Origin: Stegostoma tigrinum
Lineage: Eukaryota
Assembly (NCBI RefSeq): GCF_030684315.1
Contig: NC_081357.1
Coordinates: 113,407,558-113,471,557 of the forward strand
DNA length: 64,000 bases
Direction: 5' to 3'
The notes under the pieces are model-generated. The model made no database searches. It saw only the letters and a program-made list of their open reading frames with translations, and was not told the DNA's origin. This document shows positions 13,410-25,394 of this stretch, one piece after another (within the stretch, counting starts at the first letter, position 1; every line of letters begins with the position of its first letter). The position numbers were made by a program, and so were the translations under genes.

Positions 13410-13600
13410 GATAGTAAGAACTGCAGATGCTGGAATTAGAGACAACATAGTGTGGAGCTGGAGGAACACAGCAGGTCAGGCAGCATCAGAGGAGCAGGAA
13501 AATGGATATTTCATCTGGAGATCCCTCTTCAACCCCTGAAATGTCAACTTTCCTGCTCCTCTGATGTTGCCTGACCTGCTGTGTTCCTCCAGTTCCACAC
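13410..13600. repeat. Inverted pair of Penelope-derived terminal repeats
   Basis: Arms 13450-13513 and 13537-13600 are reverse complements with about 5 mismatches. Confidence 0.85.
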
Positions 13601-14669
13601 AGATATGTAGCAGCTTAACATATTGTCAGACACAAGTGCATATGTTTGTGAACTACAAAGATTACTCTTCCTTTTCTTATCACTTTTACAAAACACACTT
13701 CTCAGTGAAGGTTAAAGCTGAACTGATCAGATCCCTGCTCTGACTTCTGGGATACTCTTGGCTGATGATCTCATGACTGGGATTTTATGAGCCATTGGGG
13801 AAGGGGTGGGACTGTGGGAAAATGGCAATGAAAGACAGTGTAAGGCAAAACCAACATAGTAACTGCAAGACAAGTTACTCTCAGTGTAGTGTGAATGAAA
13901 GCGATATGGTTGCTTGTTTGCCGCAAATCAACAGTGAATTAATTGGCCTTTTAGTGACAATTTTACCAAGCAGTTAGCATCAGAATGTGCCAACTCAACG
14001 TCACCATGACCTCTCCCATCCTCCACCTCATCCCACCAACATATACCTCCTGCTTCCACGGGAGATTATGAGCTGTGTCCTGGCAGCCTTCTGAGAACAT
14101 AGAACTCATGGGCCAGGGAGGGGGCCATCCAATGGGCAGTGTATGGGCACCCAGCAAACTCAATATCGCCATCACTGGAGGATTCCCACTATAAATTCCC
14201 TAGGTATCCCACATTAAAGCACAAGGAAGAGGTTCCTCTCTCCTTCTCCTTGAAGTGTCAGCAGTTACCACCTGTCAGTCTCACTGAAGCTGCAGCCCTT
14301 CATCAGCCATTAGGCCCACCAGTTCGCTCTGGTTTGTTCACAATTAGCGACATGTTCCAGTGTCCACCTGCATGGACTTGCCTTTGATCGCAAAGTCAAT
14401 GAGATTGGGGATAGCATGTTGCACATTGGCTGAATGAGGAGGGAATGGATGTGAAGTGGAAACAATCGGCATGAAATGAGTCAGGAAGACAAGTTTGGGA
14501 TTTGACAATGTTTCCTGGCTTAATTACAATTGATGATGTGGAGGTTCCAGTGTTGGACTGGGGTGGACAAGATCAGAAATCACATGACACCAGGTTATAG
14601 TCCAACAGGTTTATTTGAAAACACAAGCTTTTGGAGTGTAGTCCCATCATCAGATGAATACAATTTAGA

Positions 14670-15710
14670 AAGTAATGGAGTTGATTAGTCCCTGTGTTCT
14701 GAGACTTCATCCTAGAGCCTTAAAAGAAATGGCTAATGAAGCAGCAGATGCATTGTTACTAACTTTCCAAATTTCATTAAATTCTGGAAAGGTTTCATCA
14801 AACCAGAAAATAGCCAAGAAAACACACTATTCAAGAAGAGAGGGAGGCAGAAAAATAGTCCAGTGACCCTTCCCTCTGAGGAACATTAACTCTGATTTTT
14901 TTTCTTCACAGATGCTGCCAGATGCTTTTCCAGCAACTTCTGTTTCTGTTCCATAAAATGGATGTTATACTTCAGTTATGCAGGACATTGGCAAGATCAT
15001 TTGGCAAATACTGTGTGCAGTTTTGATTTTGTTACTTAACGAAGGGCGTAAAAGCATTGGTCCAGAGGAGGTTCACAAGATCAGTATTGGAATAAGCAGG
15101 TTGTCCTTAATAGGACGGTTTGGACGGGCATGGCTTGTTTTCACTGGAGTTCAGAAAAGCAAGGTGCAATCTCGTTGGAATTTATAACATCTTGAATGCT
15201 TTAATAAGATAGTTGTGGAAAGAATGATTACCCTTGTTCAGAACAATGAGGAAACTTCAAATCGGGATTTACCTCTTAGGACAGATAGGAGAGGACTTTA
15301 TTTTCTCTAAGGGTTGTGAGATTTTGGAATGCTATGCCTCAGGAGATGGTACAGTCAGGGTCATTGAAGATTTTTAAGGCAGAGGCATGCTTAGAACATA
15401 GAACATAGAACAGTACAGCACAGAACAGGCCCTTCAGCCCACAATGTTGCTTCTTGCTGGGTAGGGAAGGCAAAGGTAGGTGGGAATGTCATATTCAGAA
15501 CATAACCGATCTTGCTGAATGATGGGGGGGATCAAGGCATTATAGCCAAATTTGAAGACCATGGGTAGGAAAGTACGTCATGAAGTTGACATAACAAAAG
15601 GCAGACTGACATAGGTAGGTTAAGTGAGTGAGTAAATTCTATAAAATGGAGCATAAGATGGGAAAATGTGAAGTTGTTCACTTTGGAAGGAAAAGCAAAA
15701 AGCATAGTAT
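14670..15710 (+). mobile_element. CR1 LINE fragments
   Basis: LHPRALKEMANEAADALLLTFQISLNSGKV and 3' RT/tail-like pieces, interrupted by short repeats. Confidence 0.7.
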
Positions 15711-15887
15711 TGATTGGGTTGGTGGGCTGAATGGCCTCCAGTGCGCCTAATTCATAAAAAGGCATATGCCTCTCATGTGACCAGTGTACAGGTAGCGTCT
15801 GACTGTTCATCCGATGTACCTTTGTTAAATACAGCTCCCTTTAAAAAAATCATGGGGGTTGGGTGGGGGAGAGAACTGCTGGCTTAC

Positions 15888-16505
15888 CTCTTCCAAAACG
15901 CAGTATGCGTCTTCATACTTGAAGAATACAACCGAACTTTTGATGTTGAGCACCGAAGGATGGAGCGCTGGTCTCTCAGTCAGAGAGAGACAGTTCCGGG
16001 AGATCTCTCTGTCCTGGCCATCAGTAAGGAGCCGAAGTCTCTGCCAGATTCTGCCATCACCGTCCCTGGCATAACTGCACAGACTGGTCTGCCCGTTCTC
16101 ACAGACCAGATCCTGCAGGAGACGCTCTGTGCTCTCGTCACTGTGATTGTCCTGAACCAGAAATCCCTTGATCAGAGATCCCTGTTTGTTGGGCGTAAAC
16201 GCCATCAGCTCCAGAACGCGGCACCTCCGGGGCAGCCTGGTCAGTTCATTGCGCAGCTGGACATAGGACTCGGCGCCTTGGATCCTGTTCTCGGAGTCGA
16301 TGCAAACAGAGTAGGTCTGACCGCGGCTGAGGACCTGGTGCAAACGGGAATTCTCGTCCCACGGCCCCTCCGAGGTTGGGGCCAGGGCGAAGTAAAGCGG
16401 CTCTGAGTTATTGCTGCACTCGATTGCAAAGACCCTCTTGGCCCATTCCCGGTACAGCGCCGAGCCCAGTGACACAGCCATCTCGAAGCTGCAGCGAGCG
16501 TTCAT
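15888..16505 (-). CDS. CMPK2: CMPK2 coding exon 1 (N-terminal domain)
   Basis: ATG at 16505, with an alternative in-frame ATG at 16481. MNARCSFEMAVSLG...RVFAIEC...LIKGFLVQD...LHPSVLNIKSSVVFFKYEDAYCVLEE, ending at a GAG|gtaagc phase-0 donor that joins exon 2. CpG-rich. The exact start codon is uncertain. Confidence 0.9.
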
Positions 16506-16549
16506 TGTGGCCGCGGTGATTCGGCGAGAGGCACGGCCTGAGTCCACTC

Positions 16550-16710
16550 CCTTCCCCCACCGCCCCCCCAGCGTTACTTCCTCGGATCGAGACTGAAACT
16601 ACAGCCGCTGCGGAATCGAAACGCAGCTTTCAGCAAACGAAACATGACAAGTGAAAGCGACGCTGAGGGCCAAGTGTTATCGCCAGGAAACGAAAGTTTC
16701 CAGAAACGGA
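16550..16710 (-). promoter_or_regulatory. CMPK2 proximal promoter with GC box and ISRE/IRF (EICE-like) cluster
   Basis: Plus-strand motifs: CCCCACCGCCCCCC (about 16555-16568), GACTGAAACT (16591), GGAATCGAAAC (16612), GCAAACGAAAC (16633), AAGTGAAAGC (16649), GGAAACGAAAGT (16686). Confidence 0.75.
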
Positions 16711-17124
16711 GCGTCCTGCTTTCAACAACTAACCATAAACAAAAACCCAAAACCTAGCAGTAAGCTCAGGATCATGGCTCGAAGTTAGGTTCGTTGCTTC
16801 CCGAGGGATTTTTTGTTTACTCTCTCACTGCAAACATTACTCTAAAAAGAAAATCTAACGAGAAGTAGACAGTAAAAGCCTCTGAAGGCGTGACAGGTGT
16901 AAACGTAGGCACATTAGAGGTGGGGGCAGGAGCAGTTATAACGGAGAACAGGGAAACAGCAGAGGAACAAACTGTTACTTTGTGTGTATGTATCTTCATT
17001 AAAGATACCAGAAAATTTCCGGGACACACCACTGCTTGTGAAACTGAGGAACTCAGACAGAATTTGTATTAGTACAGTCAGGAGAATTGAGCCAGGTGTA
17101 AATCTCTGAGACAAATGCCAGACT

Positions 17125-18390
17125 GACATTTGTAAATGATTTGGATGTGAGAACCAATTGTAATATTTCTATATTTGCTGATGACACCCAAGTCATGGGA
17201 ATGTAAATTGTGAGGAGGATGCAAGGAGATTCCAAGAGGACTTAGACAGGCTAAGTGAATAGATAAGAATATGGCTGATGGAATATAATGGGAATAATTG
17301 TGAAGTTATTGACTTTGTTAGAAAATCAGACAGAATAAATTCAGAATGTAATATAAGACCATAAGACATTGGAGTGGAAGTAAGGCCATTCGACCCATCA
17401 AGTCCACTCCGCCATTTAAATCATGGCTGATGGGCATTTCACCTCCACTTCCCTGCACTCCTGTGCATGTGGTGCCACATGGCACTGAGTGTGGATCTCA
17501 GGATGCAGCGAGAGCAGCTGTCGGTGGAAGGTTGAACATCACAGAGGTACCTGTGATCCTGGGAGGATTCAAAACATGAGGGATGAAACTCAGTTGGAAT
17601 CCACGTGGCGTGATTCTGAGCCGGAGGCAGTCACTGAGGATATAATTTATGCCAGCATTGTACTACTGGAGATTTGAACCGCGCTAGTGACAGGGCTATG
17701 GGCTTTGAACCCAGGCCTCCCTGTAATTTGTGCCAGCATTATATAACTGGAGATTTGAACCACGCTAGAGATGAGGTTATGGGGTTTGAACGCAGGTTTG
17801 AACCCATTATGTTGGTGTTCATTTCAAGGGGATTTGAGTACAAGAGTAAAGATGTCTTGCTGCAGTTGGAAACAGTCTTGCTAAGACCTCACCTGGATAG
17901 TTGTATTTTCCTTATTAAAGGAGGGATGTACTTGCCATGATAGCAGTGCAATAGAGGTTCACCAGATTATTTCCTGGGGTGGCAGTATTATTTTACATGG
18001 AGAGATTGAGGAAATTGGGTCTGTGTCCTATAGGATGTCGAAGAGTAAGAGGTGATCTCATTGAAACTTACAAAATTCTTACAGGATGGATATAGATATG
18101 ATGTTTTGCCAGCTGCTGAGTCTACAACTAGGGGGCATAATCTTACAGTAAGGGACAGTGTATTTAAGACTGAGGTGAGGTTGGTTAGAGAGTGTTGAAT
18201 CTTTGCAGTTCTCTGCCCCAGAGTGCTGTGGAAACTCAATCATTGAGCAGGTTCAATACAAAAATGGAGAGGTTTCTGGAGACTGATGACACTAAGGGAA
18301 ATAGCATTAAGGAGACAATTACCCATGACCTAGAATAGTGAGGCAGGCTTGACAGGCTGAAAAGCCCATTCTTGTTCCTATTTTCCTAAT
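17125..18390 (+). mobile_element. CR1 LINE 3' portion with nested insertions
   Basis: NDLDVR...ISIFADDTQ, FISRGFEYKSKDVLLQL, and a CR1 3' tail ending cctattttcct. Confidence 0.8.
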
Positions 18391-19338
18391 GAAGACTATG
18401 AAGGGGGGTGAAACAAGATGAAGCTGTCCTTCAGAGAGGTGGCACAGATGCACTGTGCTGATTGCCACTGACAGGACACTGCATTTACAGGGAAGGTTTA
18501 GAGAGCTTTGGGGTGTCGCAGAATGGTGACAGCTCTGGAGTCAACACAGATATATAAGCTAAATGGGCCCCTACTGTATTGCATCAAATCATGATTCTAC
18601 AGTGGCTCCATCCAATAGCCAGCTCCTCCTTCCCCATCCCCATAACCTGGAAATCTGGATGCACAATTAGCCCACACTTGTGATGAAAGCAATGACCCAC
18701 TGTTTTCCATGATTTCAGCTTCCATCCAACACGAACTGCATAACTGATTGCCTGAATATTATGATGAGCTGCAATTAAAGGTAGTATGAGATATTGTATT
18801 ATGATTCTCTTTGCTAACTCACTCACAAGCACTCTATGTTTACTTTACCACTCATTCATAAAAGTACACTTTTGTAGTATGCTTTCCTCCGACAAGATAA
18901 AGTAAATTAAACATCCCTTCCTAGGCTGCCAAACTATGACTGTTCCTTTACACCTTTTAATTCCTATTGGACATATGCTGCAAGCAGTGTTTAGACCTAT
19001 TCCTGTATCAAAGGCTACACCTGAATAAGTGTTAATACTGTAACCTACTCAGAACAATTCAGCACATTGCATCTGTTCCACCTCTCTGAAGGACAGCTTC
19101 ATCTTGTTTCACCATCGTGTCTCCATAACTCACTCAAAACTATGGAAAGATTATAATATTAATTAACCCTTGGTAACCATCTTAATAGGCTGCAGGACAT
19201 CAAACAGTTTCCTCCACCAGCATGTCCCTACAATCTACTGCTTTTTATCTCTTTGAAATTTCCTTATACACTACCTATTTCTGTAACACTGTAGTACCTA
19301 TTTCTAACGGGTTTTGAGAAGATTTGTAGCTGAGGTTG

Positions 19339-19908
19339 AGGTTCTGGATGTGAGTTTGCTCGCTGAGCTGGAAGGTTCGTTTTCAGACGTTTCGTCACCA
19401 TTCTAGGTAACATCATCAGTGAGCCTCCGACGAAGCGCTGGTGTTATGTCCCGCTTTCTATTTATCTGGTTAGGTTAGGAAACCTGACGTAAAAACATCA
19501 GACCTATTTGATCTAAATAAGTGAGAAATTATATGTGTACTAAATGAAAGTATAGAGGATATTAAACTGATCTCCCGCAGCTGGGTCCTGAGAGCTCATC
19601 TGCTATTGTTGGTTTTTGACAATTCTTATGCATTCATTCATGTAGTTTCACAGAAGTGCTATTTGGAAAGTAATTTTCTTAAAGGGCTTGTGGCTTTATT
19701 TAATATGTATTTAAAAAGTATAAATCCGTAAGTGAGTACAAGATGGTAGTCCTAAATAAAAGTTAGAAATAGGTTCTGGATGTGAGTTTGCTCGCTGAGC
19801 TAGAAGGTTAGTTTTCAGACGTTTCGTCACCATTCTAGGTAACATCATCAGTGAGCCTCCGATGAAGCGCTGGTGTTATGTCCCACTTTCTATTTATCTG
19901 GTTAGGTT
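19339..19908 (-). mobile_element. Two direct 138-bp copies of a Penelope-type terminal repeat (19339-19476 and 19771-19908), each with a hammerhead motif
   Basis: The copies differ at 4 positions. The minus strand reads tcaCTGATGAtgttacctagaatggtgacGAAACGTCtga. Confidence 0.8.
19383..19422 (-). ncRNA. Minimal type I hammerhead ribozyme motif (second copy at 19815-19854)
   Basis: Stem I UCA/UGA, core CUGAUGA, stem II GUUACC/GGUGAC, GAAA, palindromic ACGU stem III, GUC cleavage triplet. Confidence 0.7.
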
Positions 19909-21159
19909 TCCTTGGGTCCAAAAGATGCAAGAGTATTACATGTGGAAGAAAGCAAGCTCCAAAGGCTTTCAACTGTGATCAAAGTGCAACAGAACTATAA
20001 TAACCATTCATAGATTGAAAGAATCAGCAATAACTCTTTCTGCAGTTAACTGTTTCCCAAGATGAAAGGGACAAAGATAAACTGTTATAAAGGATTTAAA
20101 AACAATGTGCGAATTAACTAATCCTGGGAAAAAGAGTCAAAGCAACATCAACAAGTTATTTCCTGGAAGAGAGAGGAGATAATATTGTTTAATAGCAGCA
20201 CAACAGCTGCCTCATGACAAAGGAGCAATTAAGACTGCCTACTGAAAGAAGGTCCTGAAGTAAAGAGGTTACTTGTAGCACTGGCTGTTGCAAACAGAAA
20301 ACTAACACTGCATGTAACAAGAAACAGAGGAGCTACTTCTAATAAGAAGGCAAGTTACAGACTTGAGATCTCTGGAAATGTAATTAATGTTGGGGATGTA
20401 AGAATCTAAAGGATCATCAATAATGTCACATCACAAACATGAAAGAAAATTGTATAAGAATCCAAAAAATGAGCAATTCAGCAGCAGAACATGGAAGAAC
20501 AACACTGCACAAAGATCGAACCCCACACACTTACAGTTAGCAGACACTGTTGGTTGGAATGGGAGCTAAATTCCACCATTAATGGGGTAATAATCAAGTC
20601 ACTCTGTAAGGCCCAACTTGCTTATATGAGGGTTCTTATTTTGGTAGTTACGTGCAATAAAGTTAAAATCATAGTTTAAGTACTTGATTGTGAGATTTCC
20701 TAATAAGTACCTGAATTAATGGTAACATGGTGATTTACATACAACAAATGGGCTTTGGTGCAAGGGACAGAAATGAGGAAAGATGTTCTTGTACTCACAT
20801 GAGGCCCTTCAGAACATGCTCAGAGGGCAGTGGGAGCACATGGTCATAGAGGGCAATGCCAAGGGTCAAGTTCTAAGGATTTAGATGTATCCATTTCTCC
20901 CAATTTTGAGATGGCTTCACTTTTTCATATGCTTGTTGTGTCTGAAGGCCACCAACCTTATTTAAACACACTTCATGCACTTTACTCACACACAACCTAA
21001 ATATGGCTTGATGCCTTTCAATTTTCTAAGATCCCTTTTAATGCTAGAGAAAGTGCAATGCTCATACTGAAATGAATTAGAAACCTAAACAACAAGAGAA
21101 CATGAAATATATAGTGGGAAACCAGCTTATTTACAGGCTGAGAATTAGGAGTTTTTGTT

Positions 21160-21490
21160 TTAATTCATTCATAGGGTGAGGGTGTTGCTGGCCAGGCAGC
21201 ACTTATTGCACATCACTCATTGCCCAGAGGGCAGTTAAGAGTCAACCACATTGCTGCCAGACCAGGTAAGGATGTCAGTTTCCTTCTCTAAAGGATATTA
21301 GTGAACCAGATGGGTTTTTCCAACAATCAACAATGGATTCACAGTCATCATTAGACCTTTAATTCCATATATTTATTGAATTCAAATTCCACCATCTGCC
21401 ATGGTGGGATTTGAACCCAGGTCCACCAGAATGTCATTAAGATCTCTGGGTTAACAGTCCAGCAATAATACCACTAGGCCATTACTTCCC
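21160..21490 (-). mobile_element. tRNA-head SINE with L2-like 3' tail
   Basis: The minus strand has A/B-box-like tggcctagtgg...gggttcaaatccc. Its tail is shared with the LINE end at about 42250-42310. Confidence 0.6.
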
Positions 21491-23397
21491 TCTAGGCCAT
21501 TGGCCCCTCGAGTCTGCTCTGTTATTCAATAAGATCATGACTGATCTGACCATGACTTCAATTCCATATACCTGCCAGCCTTCGATAAGAAGGCTGGAGA
21601 ATTCAGGGTTGTGCATTCTGTGACATGGGGGAGCAGAAGTCACGTGTTTACTCACCTGACCTTTCCTGATCTGTCTTACTATAAACTAAAGCTGCAAACA
21701 ATCACATGTAGAGGAATCTTGCAGGAGATTTACTACTATAAACAACCATGGAATGAATGGAAACCATAAATTCACAAAGAAGAATATTAAAGTTGTGAGG
21801 GAACAAGAACGGAACAATTTCTTTCATACTGTGCGTGACACTAAGAATACAATAGGCATTCCGTTAAGGGTAACACTCAGGCAGATTTTACAGGCAAAAC
21901 AAGTCAGTGCAACAATCATTTCTGTCTAATAAAATGAGAAATGGACAAATACAGCAGCCATTGTGTTCTGAAATGTGCCTTCAATTATAGCAAGTACCAA
22001 CAGCATGCACAGGGATTTTACCTGCCCTTTGGGGATGAAGTAGCAGGGAAGAAAGTCAACAAAAATGGGTAAAAATAAATTGAGTGCCATGCCAGATACT
22101 TTCCTACTATGATGTCATTTCACCAGCAGGTGGAAAGATGGCAGATTGGCTGTCTAACAATTAAACTGATGCACCTAAGTGGTAACTTAAAGGCCAGTTG
22201 CTGCCTAATGGGAGTTTTGTCTAAGTCAAGAAAGGTCTACCTCTTCATGAAGACATTGTACAGTCAAATGTATTGGCCTCTCACAGGTTCTTGGCAGGTA
22301 GTGGAGAGAGATTTTAGTTTGGGAATAGTTTGGCCTATGGAATGCTGCGTAGCCTCACCTCACAAGTGACAATAAATGCCCCTTGGTAATAGTGCTTTCT
22401 GTATTCAGTGACCCAATTTACCACCCTTCGGGGCCATACAGTCATCAATGCAGTCTCATCCTCCAGATGCAGCTTCAGCATTAGCCACTACTAGTAGCGG
22501 AGCTGCTCTGTCCCATAAGGTAGGCAGTTCTTGGAAAACAGGCTCAGTTCTTCAGCATTGCTGCCAGCAAAATAAGGCCCCTACAGGTGTGGGTCTTCAA
22601 GATGTGTCAACAGTCCCAGAGTTGAAATGTCTAATACGAGGGGCATATGTTTAAGGGAAAAAGGGGTAAGTTCAAAGGAGATGTGAGGGGCAAGTTTTTT
22701 TTACGCAGAGAGTGGTAGGAGTCTGAAATGCACAGCCAGGGGTTTTGGTGGAGGCAGATGCAGTAAGGGGGTTTAAGGGGCTTTTAGGTATGTCCATGAA
22801 TATGCAAGAAATGGAGGGAGTTGGACCAAGGGCAGGACAGAAGTTTAATTTGGCATCATGTTTGCCACAATGTGGGCCAAAGGGCCTGTTCCTGTGGCTG
22901 TACTGTTCTATGTTCTAACATAGGTGGCACTTCTGCCAAAACTGCAAAATCCTGGCTGTTGTCTCCAGCCCTCTTCCATGTTCAGGCAATTAGTAATATC
23001 GAAAGGACGAAGTGCTGGAGAAACTCAGCAGGTGTGGCACCATCTGTGGAGAGAAAACAGAGTTAAAGGTATGACCAGAAGAAATCGGGGAAATTCTTGT
23101 TATTACATATCATGGTAGTTAAAAGTTTCAATGAATAAACAAGGCAATGGGAGGTTCTGTGACACAGTGGATAGCATTTCTGTCTCGAGCCAGAAGTTGA
23201 AGTCTCACCCAAAGACCGAATGACCACCAAAGTCAATATAGGACTAAACAGAATAATCAACCTATACATTCTTCCAAAGCTTACCAATAGCATGTGGTAA
23301 GAATGAGGAAGAATCCGGATCAGCAATTTAGATTGAGTGAACTGTAAACAAGGGACACGTTGCTAGCATGTTAGGGGAAGCTATGAAATTAGGTATT

Positions 23398-23490
23398 GTT
23401 TTCAGTTTCGATTTCCGTTCTGATGAAGTGATACTATGCGTGAGCTATGGTTTCATTCTGCTTACGTCGGATAGTGTACATATATACCTC
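23398..23490 (+). promoter_or_regulatory. RSAD2 promoter: tandem ISRE and TATA-like box
   Basis: GTTTTCAGTTTCGATTTCC at 23398-23416 contains the canonical AGTTTCNNTTTC. GGTTTCATTCT at about 23449. CATATATA at about 23479-23486, roughly 85 bp upstream of the ATG. Confidence 0.8.
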
Positions 23491-23567
23491 ACTAGAACAA
23501 AACATCAACAATCTGTACAAGGCTTGTTGGTGACACATTCCGAGTTAGCTGTGGTCGGGAGGGAAAA

Positions 23568-23871
23568 ATGTACGTGGTGGTTATTTGCATTAAACTTCTG
23601 CTGCAAGCTTGCATCGACAGGGCGAGCGAAGTCTCACGCTGGTTGTTGAGGCTGGTAGCCTTGCGTAGATCTGGGCTCATTGAGTGGAGAGGGGAAAGAG
23701 TAACAGGCAGAGATGGGACCAAAGAGCGGAGTGCCGTACCCACCAGTGTCAATTACCATTTCACCCGACAGTGTAACTACAAGTGTGGCTTCTGTTTCCA
23801 CACCGCCAAGACATCGTTTGTGTTGCCCCTGGAAGAAGCCAAAAGGGGGCTAAAGCTTTTAAAAGCAGCCG
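23568..23871 (+). CDS. RSAD2: RSAD2/viperin coding exon 1
   Basis: N-terminal amphipathic segment, then [25 protein letters not shown] (radical-SAM CxxxCxxC). G|gtaag donor, 304 nt. Confidence 0.98.
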
Positions 23872-25123
23872 GTAAGCAAGCAGCAGAATTAAGCCTTTTG
23901 CAAGTGCAAAATTCAATTTCTCTTCCTTCAGAATGCTGTTTTTGGCTACCAGTACCAGTTTAAAATTAACTGGGAGAGAATGCCGTTCTAATATGAAGAT
24001 TAATAGCCCGTGACTTTAAAGCAAAACCGAATGAGCAGCGAAAAGTGGAATTCAACTGGATGGAGATGTTATCGAATACGCGTGACAGTCGTTTATTTTT
24101 CATGATTGCGTGGAACATTATTGCTTATTGTCACAGAAATGTCTGCCAAGTACAACTATGGGCAAAAGCACAAAATCCCATTGCTAATGCTGATGTGTGA
24201 TAGGGCGGGAGAGGGTGGAGAGTATCGGATCGGACAGAGGAAACAGTCGGCTGCAGCCAACTATTCACACACAATATAATATTTGCGTTGCGGATATCAT
24301 TACTACTATTTAGGGCTCTTGTAGTACAGCGATCCCTCTGGGCAAGGAGGCCTGCTCCAGAGCTGTGCCATTACCTGTCGGAACAGCTTGATTAAAATAT
24401 CGTGAAATATTTCTGGCTGTAGATAGACTAAGGTGACAGGAAATAAGCTATAGTCTTTGCTCATTACCGAAACTACGGGGAACACCTACTCACCATCCAT
24501 CTGTCATGTTTGCAAAGTTTATTTTCAGGTGTTTTAGTAGTGGAATTTTAATGTGGGATTGGAATAATAGTGGGTGCAAACATTGCAGAGCTGAAAATGT
24601 TATAAATTTCATTAACGAACAAAAACATAAACTCAACAGGGTCTGGCAGCATCTGTGGAATGAAAACTGTTAACGTTTAGAGTCCAATGCCGCTTAGGTC
24701 CAAACTTTAACTTTGTTTCTCTTTCCACAGATGCTGTCAGACTTGCTGAGTTTCTCCAGCAATTTCTGTGTTTGTTTCAGATCTCCAGCAAAACTCAATT
24801 CTTTGTTTTACTTTGTACTTCCACTATTTGTTTAACTACTGAAGTGGGAGGATTACAAAAATGAACCTTTCTTCGAGCATTCCTGTTAAAAATATAATAG
24901 TTGAGTGGACCAGTTAATAATGTTAACAAACCAATTCAGTGATCTTACTACATTTCCAGAGGCAAATTGGCAGCATTAACTTCAACAAGTTTGTTTACGT
25001 TCTGAAGTCTGAATTCCTATTTTCTAAATATGCACTGAGACAAATTTTATTAAATATCCATCCATAACTGTTGGCATCTCAAGATCTGATTCAAAAGTTT
25101 CCAATTGTTTTTTTATTGTGCAG

Positions 25124-25285
25124 GCATGGAGAAAATTAATTTTTCTGGAGGAGAACCTTTTCTGGTCAATCATGGGGAGTTTCTCGGGAAGCTGGTTCAA
25201 TACTGTAAGCAGGAGCTGAAACTGCCCAGTGTCAGCGTTGTGAGCAATGGGAGTCGGATCACCGAGAAGTGGTTTAAAAACTACG
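25124..25285 (+). CDS. RSAD2: RSAD2 coding exon 2
   Basis: [14 protein letters not shown]...[21 protein letters not shown] (GGE motif). cag|GC acceptor, G|gtaat donor, 162 nt. Confidence 0.98.
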
Positions 25286-25394
25286 GTAATATGCCCGTAC
25301 CCAAGTCTGGAAATGGGGTGGACGTATCTATACATACGATTGAGATTGCTGTTTACATTCTAACTAATCACTGTTGAGAGGGATTAAACTAATA

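Noticed and set aside
15714-16406. 230-aa plus-strand ORF
   Set aside because: Antisense shadow of the GC-rich CMPK2 exon 1.
19480-20770. Possible solo LTR with a tRNA-Pro-like primer binding site at about 20748
   Set aside because: The PBS match is too degenerate, and no paired LTR or TSD could be established by eye.
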